Source: an uncultured Saprospiraceae bacterium (GTDB taxonomy: Bacteria > Bacteroidota > Bacteroidia > Chitinophagales > Saprospiraceae). From it: a DNA stretch of 63,845 bases. The translations under genes and the position numbers were made by a program. The stretch is from NCBI GenBank assembly GCA_964403985.1, contig CAYOIL010000001.1, positions 1 through 63,845 on the forward strand, given 5' to 3'. Shown one piece after another: positions 18,177-27,334 of this stretch. The stretch's first letter is position 1. Every line of letters starts with the position of its first letter. The notes below the pieces were generated by a model. It was not told where the DNA came from. It saw only the letters and a list, made by a program, of their open reading frames with translations, and searched no databases.

Positions 18177-21128
18177 TTAATCAGTTACTTTAATAGGAGC
18201 AACATAATCTTCTAACGAATTATAAATTACAGACTGTATCCTAGGACGGTAATTCTTTTTTCCAAATTTATTGTTTTCCATAGTAGGATACGTTCTGTTA
18301 CTTAACATAACATAAACGATATTATGTTCTGGGTCTACAAAAGTACAAGTTCCTGTAAAACCTAAATGACCAAATGTTGAAACAGAAGCAAATTCACTCA
18401 TATTCTCATATTTTGACAAATCAAGTTCTTTCATATCGAAACCTACACCGCGGCGAGTAGAATATTGATATCTACTTGTAAATTCAAGAACAGTCTGAGG
18501 AGACATATATTCTTTACCTCCATAATATCCTCCATTTAATAGCATTTGCATTAATATAGCAAGGTCATGAGAGTTACTAAATAATCCAGCATGACCACTC
18601 ACACCACCCAACATTGCAGCTCCCATATCATGAACGTGTCCATGGATTACTTGATTCCTGAAATAGGAATCTTTTTCAGAGGGAACAATATTACTCAAGG
18701 CAAATTTTTCTTTTGGATTGTAACTGGTATATCGCATGCCAAGAGGTTGATAAAAGTTATGATTTGCATAAGCATCTAGTGTCATCCCACTCTGTGCCTC
18801 TACTACTTTCATCATAAAATAAAAACCAATATCGCTGTATTTGTATTTTTTATTTTCACGTAGATCAGAAACTAGAATCCGACTCCATACAGAGTCTGGA
18901 TAGTCTGACCTTAAATATAGGTTATTGGCCACCTCAACATTAAATGAATCGGTTCTTACTTTCCTGTAATATTTGTCTAGTACTTTTCTTTTTTTAGAAA
19001 GAGGGTCAATCGTATTTTTATAAAACGGAATCCAAGAAGCTAGGCCAGCATGATGTGTCATCATTTCTCGAATTGTCTGTGTTTTTTTATTTGTTGTATC
19101 AACTTGAGGCATTATGCCTAGAAGTGTTCCATCAATATCAAGTTTTCCTTGATCTTTCAGTCGCATGATAGAAACTGTAGAAGCGGCAATTTTGGTAATT
19201 GAGGCAAGGTCATAAATATCATTAATTTTTACTTCCTTTTTTCCATCGTATGTATGATTTCCATAGGCTTTATGCCACACGATTTTTCCGTCTTTAGCAA
19301 TAAGAACTTGACAACCTGGGGCTGCTTTCTTTTTGATCATCTCCTCTACAATTTCATCTATTTTCCTTAGGGAGTCCATACTCATACCTACTTCAATCGG
19401 TTGTACATACCCTAGTCGACCAATCCCTGTACGTTGAATTCCTGTTCCGTATTTAAATTTTCCAGAACTTACAGGTAGTCTACCACGTATATCTGCTGCC
19501 CCAAAAATGGCTTGAGCAGTTCGATCTTGCATGATGGAGTCATCAGTGTAAGCGACAACTATTTCATCATGTTCTTGGAAATATGTCAACGCATATGGAG
19601 AACCGAATACCACCAAAATCACATTTGTTTCAGCAGATAATTGATTTATAAATGTTCTTGTTTTGCTAGAAACACCGAATTGATTTTTCTGTAATTTATT
19701 CATGTCATGAATAGAGACAATTACTCGATCATATTTTTTTAATTTTTCAATTGTTCCATTAACTCCAAGAGTCGTGAAATCTTTATTTGTTTGAAAGTGG
19801 TCGAATTTTGCATAGCCATCAAGTCGAGTTTGAAAATCAGTTTTTGAGATCGTATTTATCGAAAGGCTAGCGTAAGAAAAAGAATCAATATTTACGAAAG
19901 GTATTAAGTTGTCAGAATCAGCAACCAAAGTGATTGCTTCGGCAAGAAGTCTACTTTTGAGACTTAACCCTTTTGGCGTGACAAGGTCTTTAGTAATTTC
20001 ATTCAACATGATTCTAGGTCTATAATTCAGCCCGAGCTCATATTTTTTTCTTAAAATTCTCGATACACTTTCATCGATTTGACCTTCTTGAATTATTCCA
20101 TCATCAACATATTTTTTGATGGCGTCAATCGCTACTTTTGTATCTCTTGGCAAACAAATAATGTCATTTCCTGCAAGGATCGCTTCTGCCTCTGCAACTC
20201 CAGGAGGAAAATGTCTTGTGACCCCTTCCATCTCCATCGCATCGGTAATTATTATGCCATTAAAACCAATGCTGTCTCTTAATACATTTTTTATTGTGTA
20301 TTCAGAAAGTGTTGTTGGACGGTTTTTTCTATTGTCAAAAACAGGAACATTTAAATGTGCAATCATCATACTACTAATCCCTTTATCTGATAAATATTTA
20401 AAAGGATATAACTCTAAGCTGTCAAGTCTTTTTCTGCCGAAATTAAGTACAGGAAGACCATAATGACTGTCTACATCTGTATCTCCATGTCCGGGAAAAT
20501 GTTTTGCGCAAGCTAATACGCCAGCATCTTCCATTCCACGTGCGTATTGAAATGATTTAGAGGCAACATTGTCTTTGTCTTCTCCAAATGAACGATTGTT
20601 AATTACAGGGTTTGCAGGATTATTATTCACATCTACTACTGGCGCAAAGTTTAAGTGAATTCCTATTCTTTTCAAGTCATAAGCTACCTGACGACCCATT
20701 TCATAAATCAATTTATCATCGCTGATTGCACCTAAAGTTAATTGTCTTGGATAACTAACAATGTCTTTTTTGAATCGCATTCCTAGACCCCATTCGCCAT
20801 CTATTGCTACAATCAAAGGAATGTCAGCTAAACCTTGATAAATATTAGTTAATTCTGCTTGTTTTACTGGAGTTCCTTGAAAAAAGCATAAAGATCCAAC
20901 TTTATAATCTTTAACTAATTTTTTAACATGGTCAATATGATCTTGCCCTTTGTTCGAATGAGCCCGAACCATAATCAGCTGACCTATTTTTTCTTCTAGA
21001 GTCATCCCTCCTAGCTTTTCACTAACCCATGCCTCTTTGGGGTCGATCATTGCGATGGGATCAACTTGAGCTTTTGGGCCTTGAGCCCATAAAAAAAGCA
21101 CTATAACTGATAAAATATAGTTTCTCAT
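18177..21128 (-). CDS. Fusion of a GH3 beta-N-acetylhexosaminidase (NagZ-like) with a serine-hydrolase/beta-lactamase-fold domain
   Basis: The N-terminal half carries KHFPGHGDTDVDSH and ITDAMEM (GH3). The C-terminal half carries SITK (SxxK) in a class C beta-lactamase/esterase-like domain. A signal peptide is present. Confidence 0.85.
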   Translation of the reverse strand: MRNYILSVIVLFLWAQGPKAQVDPIAMIDPKEAWVSEKLGGMTLEEKIGQLIMVRAHSNKGQDHIDHVKKLVKDYKVGSLCFFQGTPVKQAELTNIYQGLADIPLIVAIDGEWGLGMRFKKDIVSYPRQLTLGAISDDKLIYEMGRQVAYDLKRIGIHLNFAPVVDVNNNPANPVINNRSFGEDKDNVASKSFQYARGMEDAGVLACAKHFPGHGDTDVDSHYGLPVLNFGRKRLDSLELYPFKYLSDKGISSMMIAHLNVPVFDNRKNRPTTLSEYTIKNVLRDSIGFNGIIITDAMEMEGVTRHFPPGVAEAEAILAGNDIICLPRDTKVAIDAIKKYVDDGIIQEGQIDESVSRILRKKYELGLNYRPRIMLNEITKDLVTPKGLSLKSRLLAEAITLVADSDNLIPFVNIDSFSYASLSINTISKTDFQTRLDGYAKFDHFQTNKDFTTLGVNGTIEKLKKYDRVIVSIHDMNKLQKNQFGVSSKTRTFINQLSAETNVILVVFGSPYALTYFQEHDEIVVAYTDDSIMQDRTAQAIFGAADIRGRLPVSSGKFKYGTGIQRTGIGRLGYVQPIEVGMSMDSLRKIDEIVEEMIKKKAAPGCQVLIAKDGKIVWHKAYGNHTYDGKKEVKINDIYDLASITKIAASTVSIMRLKDQGKLDIDGTLLGIMPQVDTTNKKTQTIREMMTHHAGLASWIPFYKNTIDPLSKKRKVLDKYYRKVRTDSFNVEVANNLYLRSDYPDSVWSRILVSDLRENKKYKYSDIGFYFMMKVVEAQSGMTLDAYANHNFYQPLGMRYTSYNPKEKFALSNIVPSEKDSYFRNQVIHGHVHDMGAAMLGGVSGHAGLFSNSHDLAILMQMLLNGGYYGGKEYMSPQTVLEFTSRYQYSTRRGVGFDMKELDLSKYENMSEFASVSTFGHLGFTGTCTFVDPEHNIVYVMLSNRTYPTMENNKFGKKNYRPRIQSVIYNSLEDYVAPIKVTD

Positions 21129-23038
21129 TTATTTATTTTTTCTTGCAAGGAAGGGTCAAGCTGAATCGCTTTATTGTGATTGAATTGACCACTTTCTTCG
21201 TCTCCATTTATATAATAAGCATTCCCTAAATTGTAGTATGCAAAAGCTTCATTTGGGCGAAGTTTAACTGCTTCTTCAAAATATTTTATTGCTTCATTCT
21301 TTTTTCCTCCCATGCCGTTACTTACAGCTAAAAGTCTGACCGTTTCGTAATCCTTAGGATTTAAATTATAAGCTTGTTGTAAATATGATAGGGCCGCGTT
21401 TAAATCATTTTTCTTTTCACCAAAATATCGGCCACCATCTCGATAAGCGATATGCATATTTATCAAACATTGGGCATGTACAGGGTTTATTTTTAGTAAA
21501 TTGTTATAACTCTTAATGGATCTGTCATACAGATTCATATACTGATAATTATTACCCATTATCAAGTACGCATTAGAATACCTGGGATGAAGGTTTAATG
21601 CCTTTTCCAAGTAACTATTCGACAATTCAAGCATTGTTTTTTGTTCTTCTTTATTTTTAATTTTGGCTCCTTTCGTTGATAAAGCACCTGCTGCTCCATG
21701 CAAGGCTTTCGCGCTATTGTTTGATGTTTTTACATCTGTTGTTAACAAGGTGAAATTATCTTTCCATACAAATGATCGGCTGATTGTTTTTATAGAAAAT
21801 AATAGACAAGTTATTCCTATAAGTCCTATTATAATGGGGCTTGCGCTACGCTTGCCCAAAAGGCTTTTGATAAGAAGGACTAATGCAAAAAAGAATCCAA
21901 AAGAAGGTAGAAATAGAAAGCGCTCACTTATATTTGTTCCTATATTGAATGGAATATTTGACATTAAAAACAAGAACCCAAAGTAGAAGATTAATCCATA
22001 TGCCCACGCGCTTCGTTTTAGCAAACCTAAAATAGCTAAAACACCTCCGCCCGCATACAGAATCATCGAAAGAATAACGCCAAAATCATTGAAAGACTTA
22101 ATACTAAAATGATAGGGATAATAATCCGAAGTTAATGGATGTGGAAATACTAATAATTGAATGTACTTTCCCAAATTGAAAATAATTGATGCCCACTTTT
22201 CTGACGAATTAAAAGACATTAAAGTTCCATCAACATATTTCAAAAATGGATTATTCATTAATTCCATACTTTGTTCGGCAATTGCTCCACTTAAAACACC
22301 TTGTCGAGCAATAAGAAATAGAACTGATGTTATACTTAATAAACCAGCTCCTAAAAATAGCTTTGCTCTCTGTTCGTCATTTTTATAAAAAAAGAATACT
22401 GTCAATGGAATAATCAAAACAAAGACTAATGCGTGTTCTTTAGAAAAATAGCAAATGAGAATGGATAAAAAAGCGAGTATATAGTTTTTGATATTTAGCT
22501 TTTGGGTAAATAGAATAACCATTGAAAGGATGCCGAAAAGGCCAACCATAATTTCATCTCTTCCTTTCACATTAGCAACAACTTCAGAATGAATGGGATG
22601 ACAAGTAAATAAAAGGCTTATGACAAGAGCAAGGACTTTATGGTGTTCTTTAAACCGAGTTCTGCTTAAAATTTCTTTAGTAAAAACATAGAGAAGTAAA
22701 CAGAGTATTGCATAAAGAAGCGTATTGATAAGGTGACTCATATAGGCTTTTTGGCCCCATAATGATTGTTCTATTGCAAAAGTTACGAGAGAAGCAGGCC
22801 TATACCGACCACCTTGTACAAGCGTTTCTTTTCCTTCAACTTTGAAAAAGCCGTAAAATGTATCTTTAGTAAATAAACTAGGAATTCCTTTGACTCCTTG
22901 TGTAACAAACTGGTTGTCAGTAAAAACGATCGCATCATCTTGCGCATAATTAAAGCCAATAGAGGGACAATACAGCAAAAAAGCTAGTATCCCAATAAGC
23001 AATAAATGAGCTCTGGAGTTATTTGTTATTTCTTTCAA
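21125..23038 (-). CDS. TMTC-like GT-C glycosyltransferase (DUF1736-type polytopic domain) with C-terminal TPR repeats
   Basis: The first-loop motif FNYAQDDAIVFTDNQF and the RYRPASLVTFAIE block are followed by about 10 TM spans and C-terminal TPRs (NAYLIMGNNY, AFAYYNLGNAYY). The stop overlaps the next gene start by 4 nt (ATGA). Confidence 0.7.
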   Translation of the reverse strand: MKEITNNSRAHLLLIGILAFLLYCPSIGFNYAQDDAIVFTDNQFVTQGVKGIPSLFTKDTFYGFFKVEGKETLVQGGRYRPASLVTFAIEQSLWGQKAYMSHLINTLLYAILCLLLYVFTKEILSRTRFKEHHKVLALVISLLFTCHPIHSEVVANVKGRDEIMVGLFGILSMVILFTQKLNIKNYILAFLSILICYFSKEHALVFVLIIPLTVFFFYKNDEQRAKLFLGAGLLSITSVLFLIARQGVLSGAIAEQSMELMNNPFLKYVDGTLMSFNSSEKWASIIFNLGKYIQLLVFPHPLTSDYYPYHFSIKSFNDFGVILSMILYAGGGVLAILGLLKRSAWAYGLIFYFGFLFLMSNIPFNIGTNISERFLFLPSFGFFFALVLLIKSLLGKRSASPIIIGLIGITCLLFSIKTISRSFVWKDNFTLLTTDVKTSNNSAKALHGAAGALSTKGAKIKNKEEQKTMLELSNSYLEKALNLHPRYSNAYLIMGNNYQYMNLYDRSIKSYNNLLKINPVHAQCLINMHIAYRDGGRYFGEKKNDLNAALSYLQQAYNLNPKDYETVRLLAVSNGMGGKKNEAIKYFEEAVKLRPNEAFAYYNLGNAYYINGDEESGQFNHNKAIQLDPSLQEKINK

Positions 23039-23203
23039 TGTAAACCCTGATAATTACCGATGTAAATATAATGAATTTTTATAATATGTTGTGCTGAACT
23101 GCCGATTCTTATAAGTTTTTGAAGAGTATAGATCAAAGACTTTATCAGTGATACATAAATTAGGTTATATTTATCTAAGAAATTCTTTTGATATAACGTT
23201 AGT

Positions 23204-23926
23204 ATGTATACTTCAATCCTTTTGCTTTTTGTTCTTTTTTTAGGCGTCAATGTTTTTAAGTCTAAGGATGAAGTTGCTGTTGATGAACTACCAAAACCTT
23301 TATTTCTAAGAACATATTTATTGATTTATATTTCCTGGTTTTTCTTGGGATGTTTATTTGCGTTTATTGAATATACAGTAAATAAAGAATTAGAAAATAA
23401 AGCACATGATTTTGTTTTTAATTTATATCCAGATAATAATTTTTGGATAGGAACGTCTATTATTTTTGGTTTTGCAGTTGCTTTGGTTGTTTGTTTTGGA
23501 GGGATGGAAATTATCTTAAAAAATAGAGCTGGTTCATTTTGGCTAACTTATAATAAACGATATCCTTTCAATGCAAAAATCTTTCTTAAAATCTTATTGT
23601 TTTTATTAACTATTGTGGGCATATCAATCAGTCAATTGGGACATCGAGCATTTTTTAAAGTGTATGAAGATAAAATAGAAATAAGTAGACTATTTGAATT
23701 GGAAAAGAATGAATTTAGTATGGATGAAATTATAGAATTAAACCATCTACAATTGTATCTTGCTCCTAGTGGAGAAAAAGTAAATAAACCCCATTATGAA
23801 ATTCTTTTTAATGACTCTTCTTCTTGGAACACACTAGTAGATATGAGACTTCCATCAAAAAAGGATTCTATGTATTTTGAATATATCAGTACACAGTCGG
23901 GAATACTAATCCAGATTAAGAATTAA
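23204..23926 (+). CDS. Hypothetical membrane protein
   Basis: ORF with about 4 hydrophobic spans followed by a soluble C-terminal domain. No recognisable motif. Confidence 0.45.
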   Translation: MYTSILLLFVLFLGVNVFKSKDEVAVDELPKPLFLRTYLLIYISWFFLGCLFAFIEYTVNKELENKAHDFVFNLYPDNNFWIGTSIIFGFAVALVVCFGGMEIILKNRAGSFWLTYNKRYPFNAKIFLKILLFLLTIVGISISQLGHRAFFKVYEDKIEISRLFELEKNEFSMDEIIELNHLQLYLAPSGEKVNKPHYEILFNDSSSWNTLVDMRLPSKKDSMYFEYISTQSGILIQIKN

Positions 23927-24096
23927 AATCAAATAATAATAAAAGTTGACTATTCAATTAGAATAATTACAGTGTTTCAAATCACCTTTATGAATGTCAA
24001 ACGATCTTTTAAAAGTTGTTTCATTAGTTTTAGATCAGGCTTTTACACAATTCGAGTAAAATATAGATAGGGAATCTGATTGTTATTTCTACCTTT

Positions 24097-24295
24097 GTTT
24101 AACCCAAATTATGCAATAGACAATCTATTAGGTAACCAAACTACTGCAAAATCAATGTTTCATTGGAGTTTTCAGATTTACCATTGTTTGTAACGTTTTT
24201 AGCGTTAGCGATGCTATGTAAAATCTTTCAAATCTCATGATTTTTGCATTTACGTTCCATTTAATAAAGCCCTATTTCATAATTCGGGATTAATC
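24097..24295 (-). repeat. Copy B of the roughly 197-nt rod-like structured element (inverted relative to copy A)
   Basis: The reverse complement aligns end to end with 2198-2394, at roughly 80-85 percent identity by manual alignment. The closing stem is preserved, with two T:A to A:T compensatory swaps. The copy ends 15 nt before the proC ATG. Confidence 0.7.
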
Positions 24296-24309
24296 ACAAA
24301 TCAATTCAT

Positions 24310-25098
24310 ATGCATACTACTAAAATCGCAATTATAGGTTGTGGAAACCTAGGGTCGGCCATTTTAAATGGCTTACTTAGTAATGAAAAAGTAAAACCAG
24401 AGAACCTTACTGCAACAAGAAGAAATACTAAAGACTTAGAACATTTTCGAAAAAAAGGCGTACACATAACAAGTGATAATGCTGAGGCGATAAGAAATTC
24501 AGAAATTATAATTGTTGGGCTTAAACCGTATAAGATTGTTCAAAACTTAACAAAGAATAAATCTGTATTTAAAGAAGACCATATTGTTATTTCTTTAGCT
24601 ACTGCGATTTCTATTGAACAAATCGAAAAAGCAATAGAAGCAAATGTTCAAGTATTTAGAGCAATGCCAAATACAGCTGCAGAGGTTGGTGTTTCAATGA
24701 ACTGTATTTGTACCAATACTAACAATCAAAAAACGATCGACAAGGTAATTGAGTGTTTTAATTCGGTAGGAGAAACAATTGTAATAAATGAAGAATTAAT
24801 GGATTCGGCAACAGTATTGGGTGCATGTGGTATTGCTTATGTTCTTAGATTTATTCGTGCAATGATACAAGGGGGAATAGAAATAGGGTTTGATGCAAAA
24901 ACGGCAAGCAATATTGCTACACAAACAGTTAAAGGTGCGGCAGAATTATTGATCCAAAGAAATCAACATCCAGAATATGAAATTGATAAAGTAACGACAC
25001 CAAAAGGGTGTACTATTGCCGGCTTAAATGAAATGGAACACAATGGATTTAGTTCTGCTTTAATAAAAGGAATTTTAACGTCTCATAATAAAATTTAA
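24310..25098 (+). CDS. proC: Pyrroline-5-carboxylate reductase
   Basis: Rossmann IAIIGCGNLGSA, MPNTAAEVG, and the C-terminal VTTPKGCTIAGL motif. Confidence 0.92.
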   Translation: MHTTKIAIIGCGNLGSAILNGLLSNEKVKPENLTATRRNTKDLEHFRKKGVHITSDNAEAIRNSEIIIVGLKPYKIVQNLTKNKSVFKEDHIVISLATAISIEQIEKAIEANVQVFRAMPNTAAEVGVSMNCICTNTNNQKTIDKVIECFNSVGETIVINEELMDSATVLGACGIAYVLRFIRAMIQGGIEIGFDAKTASNIATQTVKGAAELLIQRNQHPEYEIDKVTTPKGCTIAGLNEMEHNGFSSALIKGILTSHNKI

Positions 25099-26600
25099 AA
25101 GCTAAATTTTCTGTCTAACATTGTTCCTATTTTTAAATTGCCAAGAGAGATTTTTTTAAATTCACTGTACTTATTTATTAGATCTTCTTTAAATTTTTTG
25201 TCTTTGTATATAAAGACTTCTTTTTTTAATTGACCGATTTTTATTGCTTGTAAATAATAGGGGTTTTCTCTCAACATTTTTGAAATAATTAATTCTATTT
25301 CATTGATCTTACTTGGTTCTGTATAGTTGATATAACAACTATAGTAGGCTTGGTTTTCTTTAAACTGAGGTTGAATAAAGAAATAATGAATTAAATTTGA
25401 TTCATGTAGTTTTTTTACAATCTGATTGATATGTTCAAGGGCAAGTTTTTCACCAACTAAATCGCTTGTAATATTTCCTCTACCCATAAATTCTAAAGCA
25501 GGAAGACTATCAGTTATTGCAACAACTTTTACAATGTCGTGAGTATTATATCTATATAATCCACCACCAGTTGTAATTAGTACTGTATATTTTTCTCCAA
25601 TTTTTAATTCATGGCTTCGGAAACAATTACCTGAACGATCAAGAAATTCATAAAAGTGTGAGTGATACGAAAGGTAATTGTGCTTATTAAAAGGAGTTGT
25701 AACAACTCCCTCTGTTAAAAGTAAGCCTTTAGAATGAATAGGAATTCCTCCTGCAATTTTTTCCAATTCGTTTAGCCAGATGCTTGCACTTGAATCGGTC
25801 CAACAACTTATTACTTTACATTTAGGAAATAGAACTTTTAAATTAACTTCGTTAAATTTTTCAGGCAGACGATTTGTCTTTAGTTCAGCATAATTATTTT
25901 TTAAAACAGAAAATAATTGGATTAAGAAACTAGGTGACCATATCGAAATCAAACTTAGATTTTTGGTGTTTATTAATTGTCTCCAAGTTTCTATAAAAAA
26001 CTCGTCGCTGGATGTAAATTTATTTGGTTTAATATTTACAGCTCGAATAAATCCATATAAAAACTTTATTGTCTTGGTTAAATATTCAGTATCATCTTCT
26101 ATACCTATTCTTATCCCCGCTTCGCTAAAGCGATTTTCTTTTAATGCGGGGGACAAACTCCAATATGCTTTTCCAGAAAATACCCCGGGATAATTTTTGT
26201 TCATTGTATGAATCCATGGAGCAAAAGCTTTATTAAATTCATTTTTTAGATCTTGAGTATATGGTATCAATTTGGAAGCGGAAGAACTACCTGAGGTTTC
26301 TTCAAAGAATAAAATGTCATCTGAAAATAATATATTCCTATCACCTTTTGCTATTGTATTTATATACGAGCTTATTTTTTCATATTCACTAATAATAGGG
26401 ACTTTCTCTTTGAAATCAACATATGATTTAATTTCACTGAAGTTAAATTTTATTCCATATTTGCTTGTTTTGTTTTTATTAATATAGAATAATAACTTCT
26501 GTTGTTGAATTGATGCTGAGGTAGAAAATTGCGAATGGAAATCTTTAAAATCCCTCTTTAAAGAGAGATGCCAAAGTTTATTTAGTAATTTACTTAACAT
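25095..26600 (-). CDS. GH3 family (auxin-responsive-promoter-type) acyl-adenylating amido ligase homolog
   Basis: About 500 aa with a GH3-like N-terminus (QQQKLLFYINKNKTSKYG...FKEKVPIISYE) and a phosphate-binding-like ETSGSSSASKLIPYT. The start overlaps the upstream stop by 1 nt (TAATG). Confidence 0.7.
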   Translation of the reverse strand: MLSKLLNKLWHLSLKRDFKDFHSQFSTSASIQQQKLLFYINKNKTSKYGIKFNFSEIKSYVDFKEKVPIISEYEKISSYINTIAKGDRNILFSDDILFFEETSGSSSASKLIPYTQDLKNEFNKAFAPWIHTMNKNYPGVFSGKAYWSLSPALKENRFSEAGIRIGIEDDTEYLTKTIKFLYGFIRAVNIKPNKFTSSDEFFIETWRQLINTKNLSLISIWSPSFLIQLFSVLKNNYAELKTNRLPEKFNEVNLKVLFPKCKVISCWTDSSASIWLNELEKIAGGIPIHSKGLLLTEGVVTTPFNKHNYLSYHSHFYEFLDRSGNCFRSHELKIGEKYTVLITTGGGLYRYNTHDIVKVVAITDSLPALEFMGRGNITSDLVGEKLALEHINQIVKKLHESNLIHYFFIQPQFKENQAYYSCYINYTEPSKINEIELIISKMLRENPYYLQAIKIGQLKKEVFIYKDKKFKEDLINKYSEFKKISLGNLKIGTMLDRKFSF

Positions 26601-27334
26601 TAAAATAATGGATTTTCTAAACCATCAATTAAATATTTTTTACCGCTTCTAATCATATTGTCTACACTTATTTCAGTAAGGCATACTAATTCATCACCAT
26701 TATAAAATCCTGGGTTTTTTTCTAGAAAGAATGCTGCAAACGTACTTCTTTTATTAAAAGATGCTTCTGCTAACTCTTTATTTAATTCACCAATTTTCTC
26801 TTTAAATTGTATAACCCCTTTTTCTATTTTATATTTTTCTCCATAAAATAGATCGGAACATCTTTCGGCGATAGATTGATAAAGAGGATCTTTAGTCCCT
26901 TCATGTGATGGGAAATAGTCAGAAAAGAATAATGGCAAATACATATACGTTCTATGACCTTTTGTTAATAAATACCAATATAATTTCTTAGAGGATGAAT
27001 GGTGTAAAAATGTTCCTACGGTTCTACACCAAGATTGCATCATAATTTGAGTGCCCCAAAATTCAGGGTCAATTATTGTATCTCCACTAAATACAATATT
27101 GTATTCATCTGTTCCACTGTTTTGGGGGTTTATTGCATACGTTGTAAATCCATAAATTATATTTTCTAATGTAAAAATTCCAACGTATTGCTTGGCTAAC
27201 AAATCCTTTTCAACGTTTTCTCTATTTACATGATTGTAATTATTTGACATCAATTCATACATTCTGTCAAAATCCAATAATCCAAAATCTTCTTTCTTTA
27301 CTAAACAGTACTCTAATTCATTTTTCATATCCAA
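26600..27334 (-). CDS. Hypothetical 244-aa protein (possibly a GNAT-like acyltransferase fold)
   Basis: Embedded in the operon by overlaps at both ends. I could confirm no diagnostic motif. Confidence 0.5.
   Translation of the reverse strand: MDMKNELEYCLVKKEDFGLLDFDRMYELMSNNYNHVNRENVEKDLLAKQYVGIFTLENIIYGFTTYAINPQNSGTDEYNIVFSGDTIIDPEFWGTQIMMQSWCRTVGTFLHHSSSKKLYWYLLTKGHRTYMYLPLFFSDYFPSHEGTKDPLYQSIAERCSDLFYGEKYKIEKGVIQFKEKIGELNKELAEASFNKRSTFAAFFLEKNPGFYNGDELVCLTEISVDNMIRSGKKYLIDGLENPLF

Noticed and set aside
23035-23250. 71-aa ORF in the divergent intergenic region between 21125-23038 and 23204-23926
   Set aside because: It overlaps both neighbouring gene starts and is AT-rich promoter-type sequence with no motif.
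25095-25098. Convergent proC and GH3-like genes sharing a TTAA in which both stop codons overlap
   Set aside because: The overlap is real but trivial, a consequence of tight packing in an AT-rich genome. No functional implication is supported.
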